In this document: one piece after another, positions 1-11,250 of the stretch
Layout: each line of letters starts with the position of its first letter
How positions within the stretch are numbered: position 1 is the first letter of the stretch
Assembly (NCBI GenBank): GCA_030141605.1
Contig: JAQGDQ010000015.1
Span: 1,054,001-1,118,000, forward strand
DNA length: 64,000 nucleotides
Direction of reading: 5' to 3'
Source: Tubiluchus corallicola
Lineage: Eukaryota > Animalia > Priapulida
Made by a program: the position numbers and the translations under genes
The notes under the pieces: generated by a model
What the model saw: only the letters and a program-made list of their open reading frames with translations
Database searches by the model: none
What the model was told of the DNA's origin: nothing

Positions 1-1531
1 CTCTTTCTTTATTTACATTCCATAAATATTTGAGTGTCTATAGCCATCTGTCCGTTGCAGTGCTATTATGACTGGCTATGCGAGGACCCTCAAAACTTAA
101 AAAAGTGCTGTTATTTAATAACAGTTATCCATTATCATGTGTTGTTCTTGTACATGTACGTGGCACGTAATAATATTAAATATGCATGTGAGTGGCTGTC
201 GGAGATGGTGATGCTCGACAGATAAAAAAGCAACTAACAGTTTGTAAACTTTGCCTTTTGTAACAGACATGCATGTGTTTAGTGACCAAATGGAATCATA
301 GTAAAACGATGAATAAACTTGAAAATTTGACATTTAAGATCAAGGGTATTTAAAATTATCGCAACAAGAACATGGCATTCTTGTGGACTGAGGATACTTG
401 TTGAATATTTTTATAATTGATATTTGTTATAAATTAGTAATCCCTGAAATATCTGTGTGTCACCTTTTTATAAAGGAGGTTTAATATCTTTTCCAATGTA
501 CATATGTTGAAATTTATTCTTGATTGTGGGTGTTTGTGTGACTGGTTTTACTTATGTATACTGCTCATAATTATTATACACTTTGCAGTATTATTCCAGC
601 GTTATGTACAAAAAATCATGGTTTGGCAATTTAAGGACCACTTGTGTTGCACTGAGTTAAACTATTTTCTAGTCATAAGTGTGTATTACAGGTAGAGCTA
701 GAAGAGATGACTTCATATAGTATAGTAATAAATTATTTGACTTTTTGTAACTTTTAGCTTTGCACTTTTATATAATTTCTTACAACGAATGTATCACTAT
801 CTAAAAACTGTCATGAGAAGGGCTTAATTCAAGTGTGAACTAAAATGTAACATTCTGTGATAAGTAACATATACAGTACTTCACATTATTCACTGAAAAT
901 TCTACTGGGGTAAAGATCTATTTTGGGCACCCTTTACAAGATGTGCCTATCTAGAATCAAGAAATGCCAAGCAGTTTTCCAAGATATTTTCTTCTTTCTC
1001 TTTTCAAAGACACTCTTCTTTCCTTGTATCTAAAAATATTGTTCGATAGTTATTGAAATCGACCTCTTTACTCTGAATGGTTTAAAGCAAACTATACTGT
1101 GTTTACAAAAGCAATGTATTTAGCAATTTATATATACATGAAGAACTAAACTGATGAAATAGCAGCAAATAACATGTTGGTATAAACAGAAACAATGCTG
1201 ACCCGACACAGTTACAAATTGTATCTGTACAACTGAAAAAAAGTTATTTACAGTAAAGTATAACATATGTGTCTTTTCTCTAACGATCAACACTCAATTT
1301 GTCATTACCATTTAAACAGAAATGGTTACCTGTAAAAACCTACATGGCGACGGAATTATAGCAATCAGTTAGATAGTAAAACACAATGTTAGAATGGGCA
1401 ACATTTTTAAAATTCCAAGGACAAACTAAAATTAGATGGCTTTTAGCAGACCAATAGGTTTGGTCCTATTACATTTAGGAAAGCAAGAGTTATCGATATT
1501 CTTAATGTATTTGTACAGAGCAGTCTTCTAT

Positions 1532-3034
1532 TTAGTTTAATTTTTCAAGTTCGTCAAAATCATCCGTATCCAGCTTGTGAATTTTTCTGCCGAAATGATC
1601 TTGAATAGTCTGCAACAGTCCCATCTGTCGTGCTTCAATCAAATTGATAGCTAGTCCATTTTTACCAAATCTACCAGTACGGCCTATGCGGTGTAGGTAT
1701 GTTTCGCAATCAGCGTGGCCATTTACTGTAATTGGCAAATCGTAGTTTACAACGATGTTAACTTGCTCCACATCAATTCCTCTTGCTAGAACATTAGTAG
1801 TGATTAAGACCTTTTCCTTCCCGTCACGGAATCGATTTAGAACTGAAGCACGCTGTTCTACCGTCATTTCTCCATTCAGTACTCCTACAGCATGGCCTTC
1901 CTTCACCATTTTTTCTGCTAACCAATTAGATGCATGTCTAGTGTGACAAAATATGATAGCCTGCCCCACAGAAATGACACCATATATATTAGCAAGAGCC
2001 ATAAACTTATCATTTCTGTCACTGCAAGTGACATAGAACTGCTTGATGTTATCCAGTGATTCCTCTTCTTTGCGAAGACGGATGGTCACGGGATTTGGTA
2101 CAATAGCTTCAGCAAATTCCATTACTTGGGTTTCGTATGTTGCAGAAAACAACATCATCTGGCAGTCACTGGTATTAAGATTTCTGTGTATTCTAATCGA
2201 CTGATCTTGATGACCTTGAGCAGCTATCATGACATCTGCTTCGTCTAAGACAAACACCTTGATCTTCTTTAGGTCAAATGCTTTAAATTTAAGAGTCCAA
2301 TCTAACAATTTCCCAGGTGTTCCTATGACGATAGGTGCTGTGACTTTTTCACCTCTCGACAGGTTTTCTCCCCTGATTCCATAACGAACTGCCATGCCTG
2401 GAATAAATTGACCCATCTGCTCAACCACCTTACCAGTTTGAAGTGCTAGTTCGTATGTTGGACTAAGACATAATGCCTGTGGATACCGTTTGGAGAAATC
2501 TACACGAGATAACATTGCCAATACAAATGCTGCAGTTTTGCCAGTTCCACTCTGTGATTGTGCAATCATATTCTGGGGTGGTTCTGCTAATAACGTTGGT
2601 AAAGCTGTCTCTTGGATCTTCGATGGAGTAGTAAACTGCATTCCAACATAGATACCCTTCAGCAACTCTGGCTTCAGGTTTAACTCTTCAAATGACTTGC
2701 AACTAAATAAAGGAGATGTTGGATCTTTGCGCTGAATCTCTACATCACGCGTTGTCGTCACCAGCTTGGAACGCAGAATCTTCTGCAGGTATGATTTTTC
2801 TGCTGTAGTGATTGGCTTTTCTTCATCACTATCATCTGTAGAACCATTTGCTGTGGACCCTGAATCTCCAGCAGCTGGATTTCGAATGCTAACAAGTGGA
2901 GGAGGTACACTATTGTCATTTTTTGTAAAATCACCTAAACCTGCCCGGGCATCTATATTAATTCCTTTCACTTTGGAACATAACTTGTCCCTTTCTTGTT
3001 CATCGACAGCTGCTGCCCAGTCATCATCAGCCAT
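1532..3034 (-). CDS. DDX19: DEAD-box RNA helicase DDX19/Dbp5 (mRNA export), 500 aa, single coding exon
   Basis: The ORF has the Q motif (PSKIQ), AQSQSGTGKT, PTYELA, TPGK, DEAD, SAT, TNVLARGID and HRIGRTGRFG, plus the DDX19-specific DEADVMIAAQGHQDQSIRI and EIQRKDPTSPL. The likely start is MADDDW (ATG at 3034), just downstream of a splice acceptor (minus strand tttttactttgcag|, exon starting at 3050). Confidence 0.96.
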   Translation of the reverse strand: MADDDWAAAVDEQERDKLCSKVKGINIDARAGLGDFTKNDNSVPPPLVSIRNPAAGDSGSTANGSTDDSDEEKPITTAEKSYLQKILRSKLVTTTRDVEIQRKDPTSPLFSCKSFEELNLKPELLKGIYVGMQFTTPSKIQETALPTLLAEPPQNMIAQSQSGTGKTAAFVLAMLSRVDFSKRYPQALCLSPTYELALQTGKVVEQMGQFIPGMAVRYGIRGENLSRGEKVTAPIVIGTPGKLLDWTLKFKAFDLKKIKVFVLDEADVMIAAQGHQDQSIRIHRNLNTSDCQMMLFSATYETQVMEFAEAIVPNPVTIRLRKEEESLDNIKQFYVTCSDRNDKFMALANIYGVISVGQAIIFCHTRHASNWLAEKMVKEGHAVGVLNGEMTVEQRASVLNRFRDGKEKVLITTNVLARGIDVEQVNIVVNYDLPITVNGHADCETYLHRIGRTGRFGKNGLAINLIEARQMGLLQTIQDHFGRKIHKLDTDDFDELEKLN

Positions 3035-3560
3035 TGCATTAATAGTACACCTGCAAAGTAAAAAACGTTCACATTCTATTACTGTAGTGCAATGAAACAC
3101 CAAATTGACACAATTCCTGTATGACTTTGTACTGTAATATCCAAATTGTTGTAAGAAATGACTTATCAGTTGAAATTTTGTGAATGACTAAATTAGCCAT
3201 TTTAATAATTTACATGAATTCTCGTGGTTTACTACTTTAAATTTATCACCAAAATCTGATCAAAATTTATATCCAAGTAATTTTTGACATTTTTACATTA
3301 ACTACCCATGCATTGAAGCAATATAAGTGCTTTCTAATACAACACAATCCACACTTGTTCCTAAAAAAATTCATCATTAAAACACACGACTGCAACAATT
3401 TCTAGTCCATTTGTAAACATTTGAATAAACAATTAAGTTGTGACTTGACTTATTTGACAGCTCGAATTGATACTGCTGTAATATAAGTATCTTTCTTAAA
3501 GTGTAGTTAGATAATGCGCAATAAAGAGTATTTTGTTCTAACTACATTACTGATTCGTGA

Positions 3561-4910
3561 GGTAGACTCATTTTCCAGAAACGCTTTTTTGTTAAAAAAT
3601 TTACTTCCCAGGAAAAGCATTTCCTAAAACATTTTTTACAGAATTGCCGTTTCTCAGAAATTTTTCTTTACAGAACCGTCATTTCATAGAAAATAAAATT
3701 TACAGAACATGCAAGAAATCCTTTTTAAAGTGCAGTTAAAACGCAATAAAAAATAATTTATTTTACCTATGTTTAATAATTAATAGGGATCATATCTCAA
3801 AACATATGATCAAAAAAACTTGTTAAGGGAAGAAAGTATAATGTCAGAACGTTTAGGTAGCAATCATGTTGATCCTTACATAATTGCATATGCAATAATG
3901 AGTGATCACAGTATGTGACTGGTTATCAATGTTAACCAAGCCTGGCAACTGATTTGTTGGGAGACCACTTAAGATTCTCACTATCGAACAGCTACTTTTA
4001 CTGTGATTCCAAATTACATGCATCCAAATGTGACTATGAAATCTCTGCCAGTTTAGTATTTTATCTCATAGGATTATCTTGATGACGAACTATGATCTGG
4101 TCCTGCCATAAAAGAATCTGCCAAATTTCTTGTAAGGAAGCATAATTTATTGGGCAGATGTCAACCCCAAAATGTTCACGAAATCTATATAGATCACGAA
4201 GCCTTGATGTCTTAATTTTATAATTATTATTTACAAAACTTTATTTCAAATTCTATGAATTTATCAATTGAATTTTATTGATTATATGCAGCAATCGATA
4301 CAATATAAATATAAATATGAGAAAGCAAATGAATCCAAAAAATACTTAAAATGGTAGCAACAAAGTTTCAAAACAAAATATTTTTCCAAAACAATATTTA
4401 AAAAAATATGAAGGTTGACCTCTTAAACATAGCATCATTTTAAATGATTGTGAATTTTGAAAGTCATAGTTCAAGTGCTGTAGATAACGAAAGGAGAGCA
4501 GACAAAGAAAAAAAGATAAAAAAAAGGAAAGAGAGAGAGAGAGAGAAACAGAGGAGGATAGGAGGAAAGCGAGAGAATGAGACGGGTAGGAAATACAGGA
4601 GACAAAGAGGGAGAAGTAAACAAAGCTTCTAAAGTTTCTTTTAGCAATTAAAAAAGCAACCATGATTTTTCTGTTAAAAATCTTTCTAGGAAATGTTTTT
4701 CTGTGAAAACGAGTTTTCAGGGAAAAAAAATTCTGACAGAAACACCTTCTTGGGGAAACCGACCTAAACCAAAACAATCAGCAACAGCTGTAGAAGTTTT
4801 TATGACGCTGTCGGTCTGTTTTCTGTTAAAAAATCTTTCTAGGAAATGTTTTTCTGTGAAAGCCTGGGAAAAAAATTTCTGACAGAAACACCTTTTTGGG
4901 GAAACCGACC
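3561..4910. mobile_element. Foldback/MITE-like element with inverted arms built from short degenerate 'ttt..cagaa' repeats
   Basis: The left arm 3561-3710 (cccaggaaaagcatttcctaaaacattttttacagaa) resembles the reverse complement of the right arm 4667-4764 (cacagaaaaacatttcctagaaagattttttaacagaa). I could not find a TSD. Confidence 0.5.
4490..4620. repeat. AG-rich simple repeat
   Basis: Purine-rich run including (GA)n. Confidence 0.7.
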
Positions 4911-4963
4911 TAAACCAAAACAATCAGCAACAGCTGTAGATGTTTTTATGATGCGTCAGTCTG
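4667..4963. repeat. Direct tandem duplication, 2 copies of about 150 bp
   Basis: 4667-4818 and 4819-4963 are near-identical (ttttctgttaaaaaatctttctagg...gaaaccgacctaaaccaaaacaatcagcaacagctgtag). Confidence 0.9.
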
Positions 4964-5899
4964 AAAATGTATTAAGGTCATTAAATTTGAGCAAAGTAAT
5001 GCACAACTGCACATACAAATATTGCGTGATAGAGGATAGAGATAAAATAAAACAAGGCAGCTAAATGATTAAAACAAACAAAGTTGACAATGTTTTCTGA
5101 CTAGCAAAATAACTCTACTTTAGAAGTGACACCACTAAAGTAACGAGTAATCTGGTTGCAAGACTAAGCACAGTCACTGCGTTATATTACTCATTACTAC
5201 AAAAAGTAATGTGATTACAGTGCACAACATTGCTGACAGAGGCAAACCATAATGTACAATTACTCTTAGAAACGGACTGTCCGGATAATTGAGCCGCACT
5301 GTACCTGTGTACCATATCGGTAATTATTAACAAAAGGATTGCTGCAAATTTTTTGTTTTGAACAAAGGACAGCCTAACTAACTGTTCAACCAAATTTCAA
5401 CACAACTGGATAAATACGTTAAAAGTTGAAAAAATGTGTCATGCACTTGAGTGAGAGAACGAAGGAGTCAGCGATTTTTTTAAATTATTTTCTAAAACCC
5501 AAACTTCAACACTATCAGAAAAGCTAGGTGATAACTGATTAACTAAGATTATCCCAAACACATAATTAACGATTTAAACAACGAAACTACCTAGTATGAA
5601 GTTTCGTTTATACAATACTTACAATTAAATCTTATACAAAACCAGTATAATTCTTATTCACAAACTTATGATAACAATTTCGCAAGTCGTTCGAAAAAAA
5701 TCTTTAGCAGTAGTGCATCTCTTTGCCCGAGTAGAACTTTTGTTGCACAATGTGCAGTTCAGCTCAAATGGCTTTGTTGTCACAGCATTTGTGGTCTCCA
5801 CTATGCTTCACTATGAATTAACAGGCACTATTTGAGTATTTGTGCAAGTTATTAATCACAAATTTCTTTTAAATTTCTTACTTAGTCATCTTTACACAG

Positions 5900-6433
5900 C
5901 GTGAGATCAAAACCTCTTCTTTTTCTAAACCCCATTTCCTCTTTTATGTAATAAATTACTTCTCCTAAATCATAAACCTCTTCATATTTAATGACATCTC
6001 CATTTAAAATTTTGTCGTTGGGCAGATATTTTCTTCATTACTTCACATTTCAATAAGTGCTCTGTCACATCGTCCTCTCTCTGACACAGTGGACATTTTA
6101 AATCTTCTTTGAAAGCACTTTTATAGTTACATTTAACCATCATCATATTCAATTTCACTGCAAATACTCTCTCACTTCTTTTAACTTCATTACATTCACA
6201 TACTTTTGACGCTCCCATCTTCATAATTCAAAAACCTAAGTTTTGTGTTTGTTTGTATCTCTTATTGCACTTTTTGTTTAATACACTCACATATTTTATT
6301 CTTCACTAGCTTCTTCCACACTGATTTTTTTATTCCTTTTACTTCTTTACACTCAACTGAAATGCTGTTCTTTTCGCCTATCTCTTTGATTTCTTCTGTC
6401 CAACTCTTACGAAGCTGTTTCTCCCACGTTACC
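5900..6433 (-). mobile_element. Non-LTR retrotransposon (LINE) ORF2 3' fragment with C-terminal CCHC-type finger; host of the LTR insertion
   Basis: Translates to KLNMMMVKCNYK...DLKCPLCQREDDVTEHLLKC, which resembles the element at 47900-50430 (KLNMIKLKCNYK...DLMCPLC). Confidence 0.75.
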
Positions 6434-8017
6434 TGTTGTGGAGATCGCTGGCATATATTGGAATTAAATAGAACATTATAGAATGTTCCGTTAGAATAAT
6501 CGTCTTACCGTGTAGAATGTTCTGGAAAGAAACTTTTAGAAGCTCCTCAGACACGCTATGTAAGGCGAAGCACGCCGCTGACAGACACATACTGATTCAC
6601 ACGGACGCCACTTACACATTTTCTTATATACTTGCATTTTCAGATACACTCAAACGTTTTCCAGATTTTCACGTTTAGTGTAATCAGTTCCTTCATACTT
6701 TTGTGTTGTAGAATTCTCGCTTAATAAACTAGTTTAATTTGGCGAAGTCAGGCAGGTCGGAAGGATGGCCGCCCAAGCACGATTCACACATTGTCGGATT
6801 CACTCAGTATCTGCCACGGATGCCTCATCCATAGATCAAGAGTTGTGATTCCATAGAGCCTGCAGTCCAAGATCCTGGATCTACTGCATATCGGACACTT
6901 CGGCATGGAGCGCATGAAACAGTTGGCAAGAACTGCTGTCTACTGTATCGATGCAGCTATCGAGATGGCTAGTCGAGGATGTGACTCATGCGGAGAACAT
7001 CAAAGCAAGCCATCCAAGCCTGCAGTTCACCCATGGATGCTACCAGAGAAGCCATGGAGCCCGCTTACACCTGGATCACGCCATAAACTTCATGGGTACG
7101 AACTGGCTGGTGATCACGGATGCTTACTCAAAGTATCCATGCATTCAACCTATATCTTCCATGTCCACTAGAGCCACTCTAGATTTGCTGGAAGAGGACT
7201 GCTCACTTCGGATTACCTCACACGCTGGTCACAGACAATGCATCAACCTTCATGTCTGATGAGTTTCAGAGGTGATGCAGAGAACTTGGGATCACACATC
7301 TCACAGGAGCACCATACCATCCAGCTACCAACGGAGCAGCAGAACACCTGGTGCAGCCATTCAAGCAAGCACTCAGGAAGTCTTCTCTGCCCTCGAAGCT
7401 AGCTCTTCAAGAGTTTCTGATGCAGTACCGGAGAACACCGACATCCTGTGGATTCTCTCTGAGTGAACTCTTTATGTCTCGGCAGATACGGACAAGGATC
7501 GACTCCTTGCTACCCTCGCACACCGCTCAGGGCAAGCAATCCAAGGAGTCATCTCGCTCGAATTCAGACTCGGTAGGTGTTGCCAAGGTCACCAAGCAGT
7601 ACAAGGCTGGAAAGCCTGTCTATGCACTGTACTATGGACCAGACAAACCCAAACGATCAAAAAGGACACCCAAGCCGAGAGAGAGACTTTGTTGCTGATG
7701 CTTTGGAGACAGCATCAATTTCGGTGGGGAGGTGTTGTGGAGATCGCTGGCATCTATTAGAATTAAATAGAACATTGTAGAATGTTCCTTTATAATAATC
7801 GTCTTACCGTGTAGAATGTTCTGGAAAGGAACTTCCAGAAGCTTCTCGGGCACGCTATATAAGGCAAAGCAGGCCGCTGACAGGGACATGCTGATTCACA
7901 TGTTTTCCAGATTTTCACGTTTAGTGTAATCATTTCGCGTTCCTTAAAACTAGTTGAATTTGACGAAGTGTTTTCTGGTTTTCTTTATGAGCCTTTCGAG
8001 AGAAACAAAACACAACA
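6434..8017 (+). mobile_element. Internally deleted Ty3/Gypsy LTR retrotransposon (integrase remnant) with two LTRs and a 5-bp TSD
   Basis: Starts TGTTGTG (6434) and ends CACAACA (8017), flanked by TTACC at 6429-6433 and 8018-8022. The 5' LTR is 6434-~6748 (3'-truncated) and the 3' LTR is 7733-8017, preceded by the polypurine tract gtggggagg. The frameshifted integrase shows HIGHFGMERMKQLAR..CDSC (H2C2), RLHLDHAINFMGTNWLVITDAYSKYP and APYHPATNGAAE. Confidence 0.92.
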
Positions 8018-8380
8018 TTACCCACAAATCACTCCACATTTCTGTATTATATATTATAGTGGGAATAGCAGTACTCTCAAACATTTTTAATTTAACCTCC
8101 ATAGCATTCTTTCCAACTTTATTCTCATCTCCCCAGTTTAATATATCCGTTAACATACACCTAACCTTTCTTCTCTCTTTTCTATATTTATATCTTTTTG
8201 TCCTCTTTCTTGCACATACTCTAATAAATATATATGTAATTTAACTTTTTCAATTTCTCTTTCTTGACATCGAATTTTTGGCCTATCTCTATTTTTTATT
8301 TTTGTTACCACATATTTTTAACTACTGCGATTTTTTGTACCAATTGCAAACTTTCATCAAAAAATCTACAGTTATTAACT
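8018..8380 (-). mobile_element. Continuation of the host LINE on the other side of the LTR insertion
   Basis: Translates to VGKNAMEVKLKMFESTAIPTIIYNTEMWS, similar to VGIEAIKIRRLLYKTTMIPSIIFNMVVWG at 48372-48650. Confidence 0.7.
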
Positions 8381-8384
8381 AATC

Positions 8385-8640
8385 AGTTCTCGAATCTTCT
8401 ACAAGGTAAGAAGATTGTTCTACTATACTATAGAATATTCCAGATCTCCACAACACCTCCCCAACAAAACTGATGCTACCTCCATAGCATCAGCAACAAA
8501 GTCTCTCTCTTGGCTTAGGTGCTTTCTTGGATCATCTGGGGTTGTCCGGTCCATACTCTGGCTCATGCAGCTTGGTCTCGGACATGGGCCAAGGTGCTCC
8601 GGCCTGCTACAGAGTTTCTGACAGTTCTTCTAGGATCTCC
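8385..8640 (-). mobile_element. Second, inverted fragment of the same Gypsy family (end of internal region, PPT, start of LTR)
   Basis: The reverse complement reads ...ccaagagagagactttgttgctgatgctatggaggtagcatcagttttgttggggaggTGTTGTGGAGATC, matching about 7650-7745. The LTR TG starts at 8455 on the minus strand. Confidence 0.85.
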
Positions 8641-9120
8641 ATTGGATGGTCAGGTGGAAGCTCAGTCTTTCCGTGTAATTCAAGTCCCTAGGTGATGGAA
8701 CGAACTTGGTAGCTCTTAGTTGCACATTTTCTATGAGTTGAGCATCTCCTATAAACCTTGGTCCCCAAACAACATTTGCATATTCTAGGTGTGGTCTAAT
8801 ACGAGTTTTGATTATCTGAACAATCATTTCACTGTTTATGTATGTAAATGTATGTTTGATGGCTCCAAGAATTTTATTGGCTTTGTTTACCACAGAGCTT
8901 GTATGATTGTGAAACTTCAGGTCCTCATCAATTAGCTCACCCAAGCCTTTCTCACAGTTTGTGACCACTAGTGATTTTATTATGCCTTTATTGCCTTGCA
9001 TGGAATAAGTGTATTTCGGATTATTATAACCCATATTTAGCAAATTACATTTCTCTGTATTGAATTTTAATTGCCAAATCCTCGATCAATCAACAAGAAT
9101 GTTAATATCCTATTGAAAGT
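8640..9120 (-). mobile_element. CR1/L2-clade LINE ORF2 fragment
   Basis: DLKFHNHTSSVVNKANKILG, IRPHLEYANVVWGP and IENVQLRATKFVP are typical of the region after the RT domain in CR1 elements. Confidence 0.85.
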
Positions 9121-9771
9121 GAACTATTGACTGATCACTGTTTAGTGGGCTCTGAAAAAGCAATTTTCTTCCTAAAGTTAAATAAAAAAAAACTTCTCGG
9201 TCAAACGTCTGTGCTATGAATGCGGTGAAAATCTATCCAAGATTTAGTCATTGTTGCCTAAATAGCTAAGGTATTCTAAATGGTGACCGGTAATAAGGTC
9301 ACAGGAAAAAAGTGACAATAAAAAAGAAGATTTGTTATACGTTCCATTAAAGGACATTTTTCACTTTGTTTTAAAAAGGCAAGTCTAGTTTTTTTGTGCA
9401 CACCGCTATCGTTCCAGGCATACCTACATCTGGTTCACAACTAACAATGTTGCGTAAGTGGGAACGCAGGCGCCAAAAAGAAATTTGTACTTTGAATAAC
9501 AGCTATGTCAAAAAGAGACACAGACAGTAACGTTATACGTTTATAACTTTTAAGGAGTCGGCAGAGTTATCACAGTTTGATAAAACTTTACTATATTGTC
9601 ATGTCACGTATAATCACCGTGGGAGCTCTATAGAAGTCTATGACTCCTGCGTACGATACATTATTTATTCGCCTTTGACTTTGGGTTTCTATACTGAACA
9701 GACTTAGACGCTAAGAGTACAAAACATGATGTATATATTAACCTTTTTTAATGGTATAAGTTTGTGGAATT

Positions 9772-10625
9772 TTGCGAAATACTACAAGCAATTTTGTGCA
9801 TGGCATAGCGGACAACGAATTCAAAATATTTGTAGACAAACCGATATGCTTAGTAAACTCCGGACAAATATCTACAGATACTATCCACAACCAACCCACC
9901 TATCCGGCTGCTACAGAATCATACCTTGCTCCTAGTGTCAAGATATGGGTTCCCGAGAAAAACTTACTAATTTTCGAAAAACCACGTTGTCCTGCTAGTG
10001 ACAAGTTATTAACTCGTAGTGGCTGGACACACAGGCATGGATATTCTCCACGCACTTTATTTCGTATCAACAGGAAGATGTACATTGTAATTGTAATATA
10101 TCGGTGCCACAAATGCAATCTCCACCTGTTTGGGTATGATAAACGCATCTTAACACCGCTCTTTCCGTTGCATCTACCGTTTCTGTTGGGAGTTCAAGGT
10201 GGTTTCTCACAAGAGTTGATGCTTCAAATAATTTCGTATAATGATGAATATGTTCCATTTACCAAAATTTCTAGGATGATTCAGCAACAATATCGCATGG
10301 AAACAATGCGCTCCTATGGCAAATACCTAAGTGATTTTGCTGAATTGTGCCACCACCAACAGAATACACGTTAGCTGGGAGTTCCATTACTGCACTGTAG
10401 GAACACTAAAATTCCTGGAGGCAATTTTATAGAAAAAGCTGTGGGAGCAACATCGCTTTATGGAATATGGACTTTATGTTCAAGGCTTAAGAGAAGCATT
10501 TACACTTATGTCAGTGGACCATACGTTCAAGGTGGCGAGAAAAATTAGATGTCAACATAACACCCTCAGTCATTATCCATTCAGTTTACTCTTTACAATG
10601 CTAAATGAAGGCGGACAGGTATGAC
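9772..10625 (+). pseudogene. Decayed transposase-like gene (DUF6729-like N-terminal region followed by SVDHTFK...LNEGGQV)
   Basis: A 200-aa ORF with W-x-P...CP...GW...PR...YRC-x2-C...LPFLL. After a stop and a frameshift it continues LMSVDHTFKVARKI...LFTMLNEGGQV (10508-10621). The family is assigned from remembered motifs only. Confidence 0.55.
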
Positions 10626-10859
10626 TATCATTCTATATTATTGTAAATTATAAAAAAGCAGAATTCCTCTCTTTTTATGATCATGATAAATATAGCCATG
10701 ATCAAACAATGCTAAGTCACTTATATTAGCCATTGTTCAATCTAGTGTTAAAACATATTTCTGTGATGTAAAAACATGCTGAGCATTCGTTTATTTTTTT
10801 CATAAACTACACCAGAGTATTTAAAATTTTCTTTTCTTTTATTGCCCGTTTTAAATATT

Positions 10860-11250
10860 AAGAAAATTAACCATTCCATGTTTACGATACAGACGCCAAC
10901 GAAGTAACATGATTCAGGTTTTTAGAATTATCAATAAAATCGATGTTTTGGACGAGTCATCGTTCTTTTTAAAGAATTCAGCATTTACAAGAGGACATCC
11001 TTATAGACTCTATAAACCCGAGCCAGACTGGATGTAAGGAAGTACGCCTTCAGAAACCGAGTAGTAAACAGTTGGAACAGTCTAAGCAGCAAAACTATGG
11101 CATCTAAATCGATCAATGAATTTAAACGAAATTTAGAATGAGTGGAATAAAAAAAAATTCTTGTACCATACACACATTCTAATGCCAGTAAAGAACAGGC
11201 ATTACAGGTGATATAAGGATCTACCTCTAGTCTTAACATTGGATATGGAT
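10860..11250 (+). mobile_element. CR1-type LINE 3' end
   Basis: Translates to TRGHPYRLYKPRARLDVRKYAFRNRVVNSWNSL...SINEFKRNL, the classic CR1 C-terminus. Confidence 0.85.

Noticed and set aside
1755-3095. Antisense ORFs over DDX19 (similarly over the NME7 and methyltransferase exons)
   Set aside because: These are shadow ORFs of real coding sequence with no independent features.
3035-3103. 23-aa N-terminal extension of the DDX19 ORF in the ORF track
   Set aside because: It uses a non-ATG start and runs through a splice acceptor. The conserved-looking N-terminus begins at MADDDW.
4346-5064. ORFs of 62-143 aa
   Set aside because: They are translations of the AG-rich repeat and the tandem duplication.
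6739-6750. TGGCGAAG as a tRNA primer-binding site
   Set aside because: The same sequence (tttgacgaagt) occurs inside the 3' LTR, so it is LTR-internal. The true PBS was lost in the deletion.
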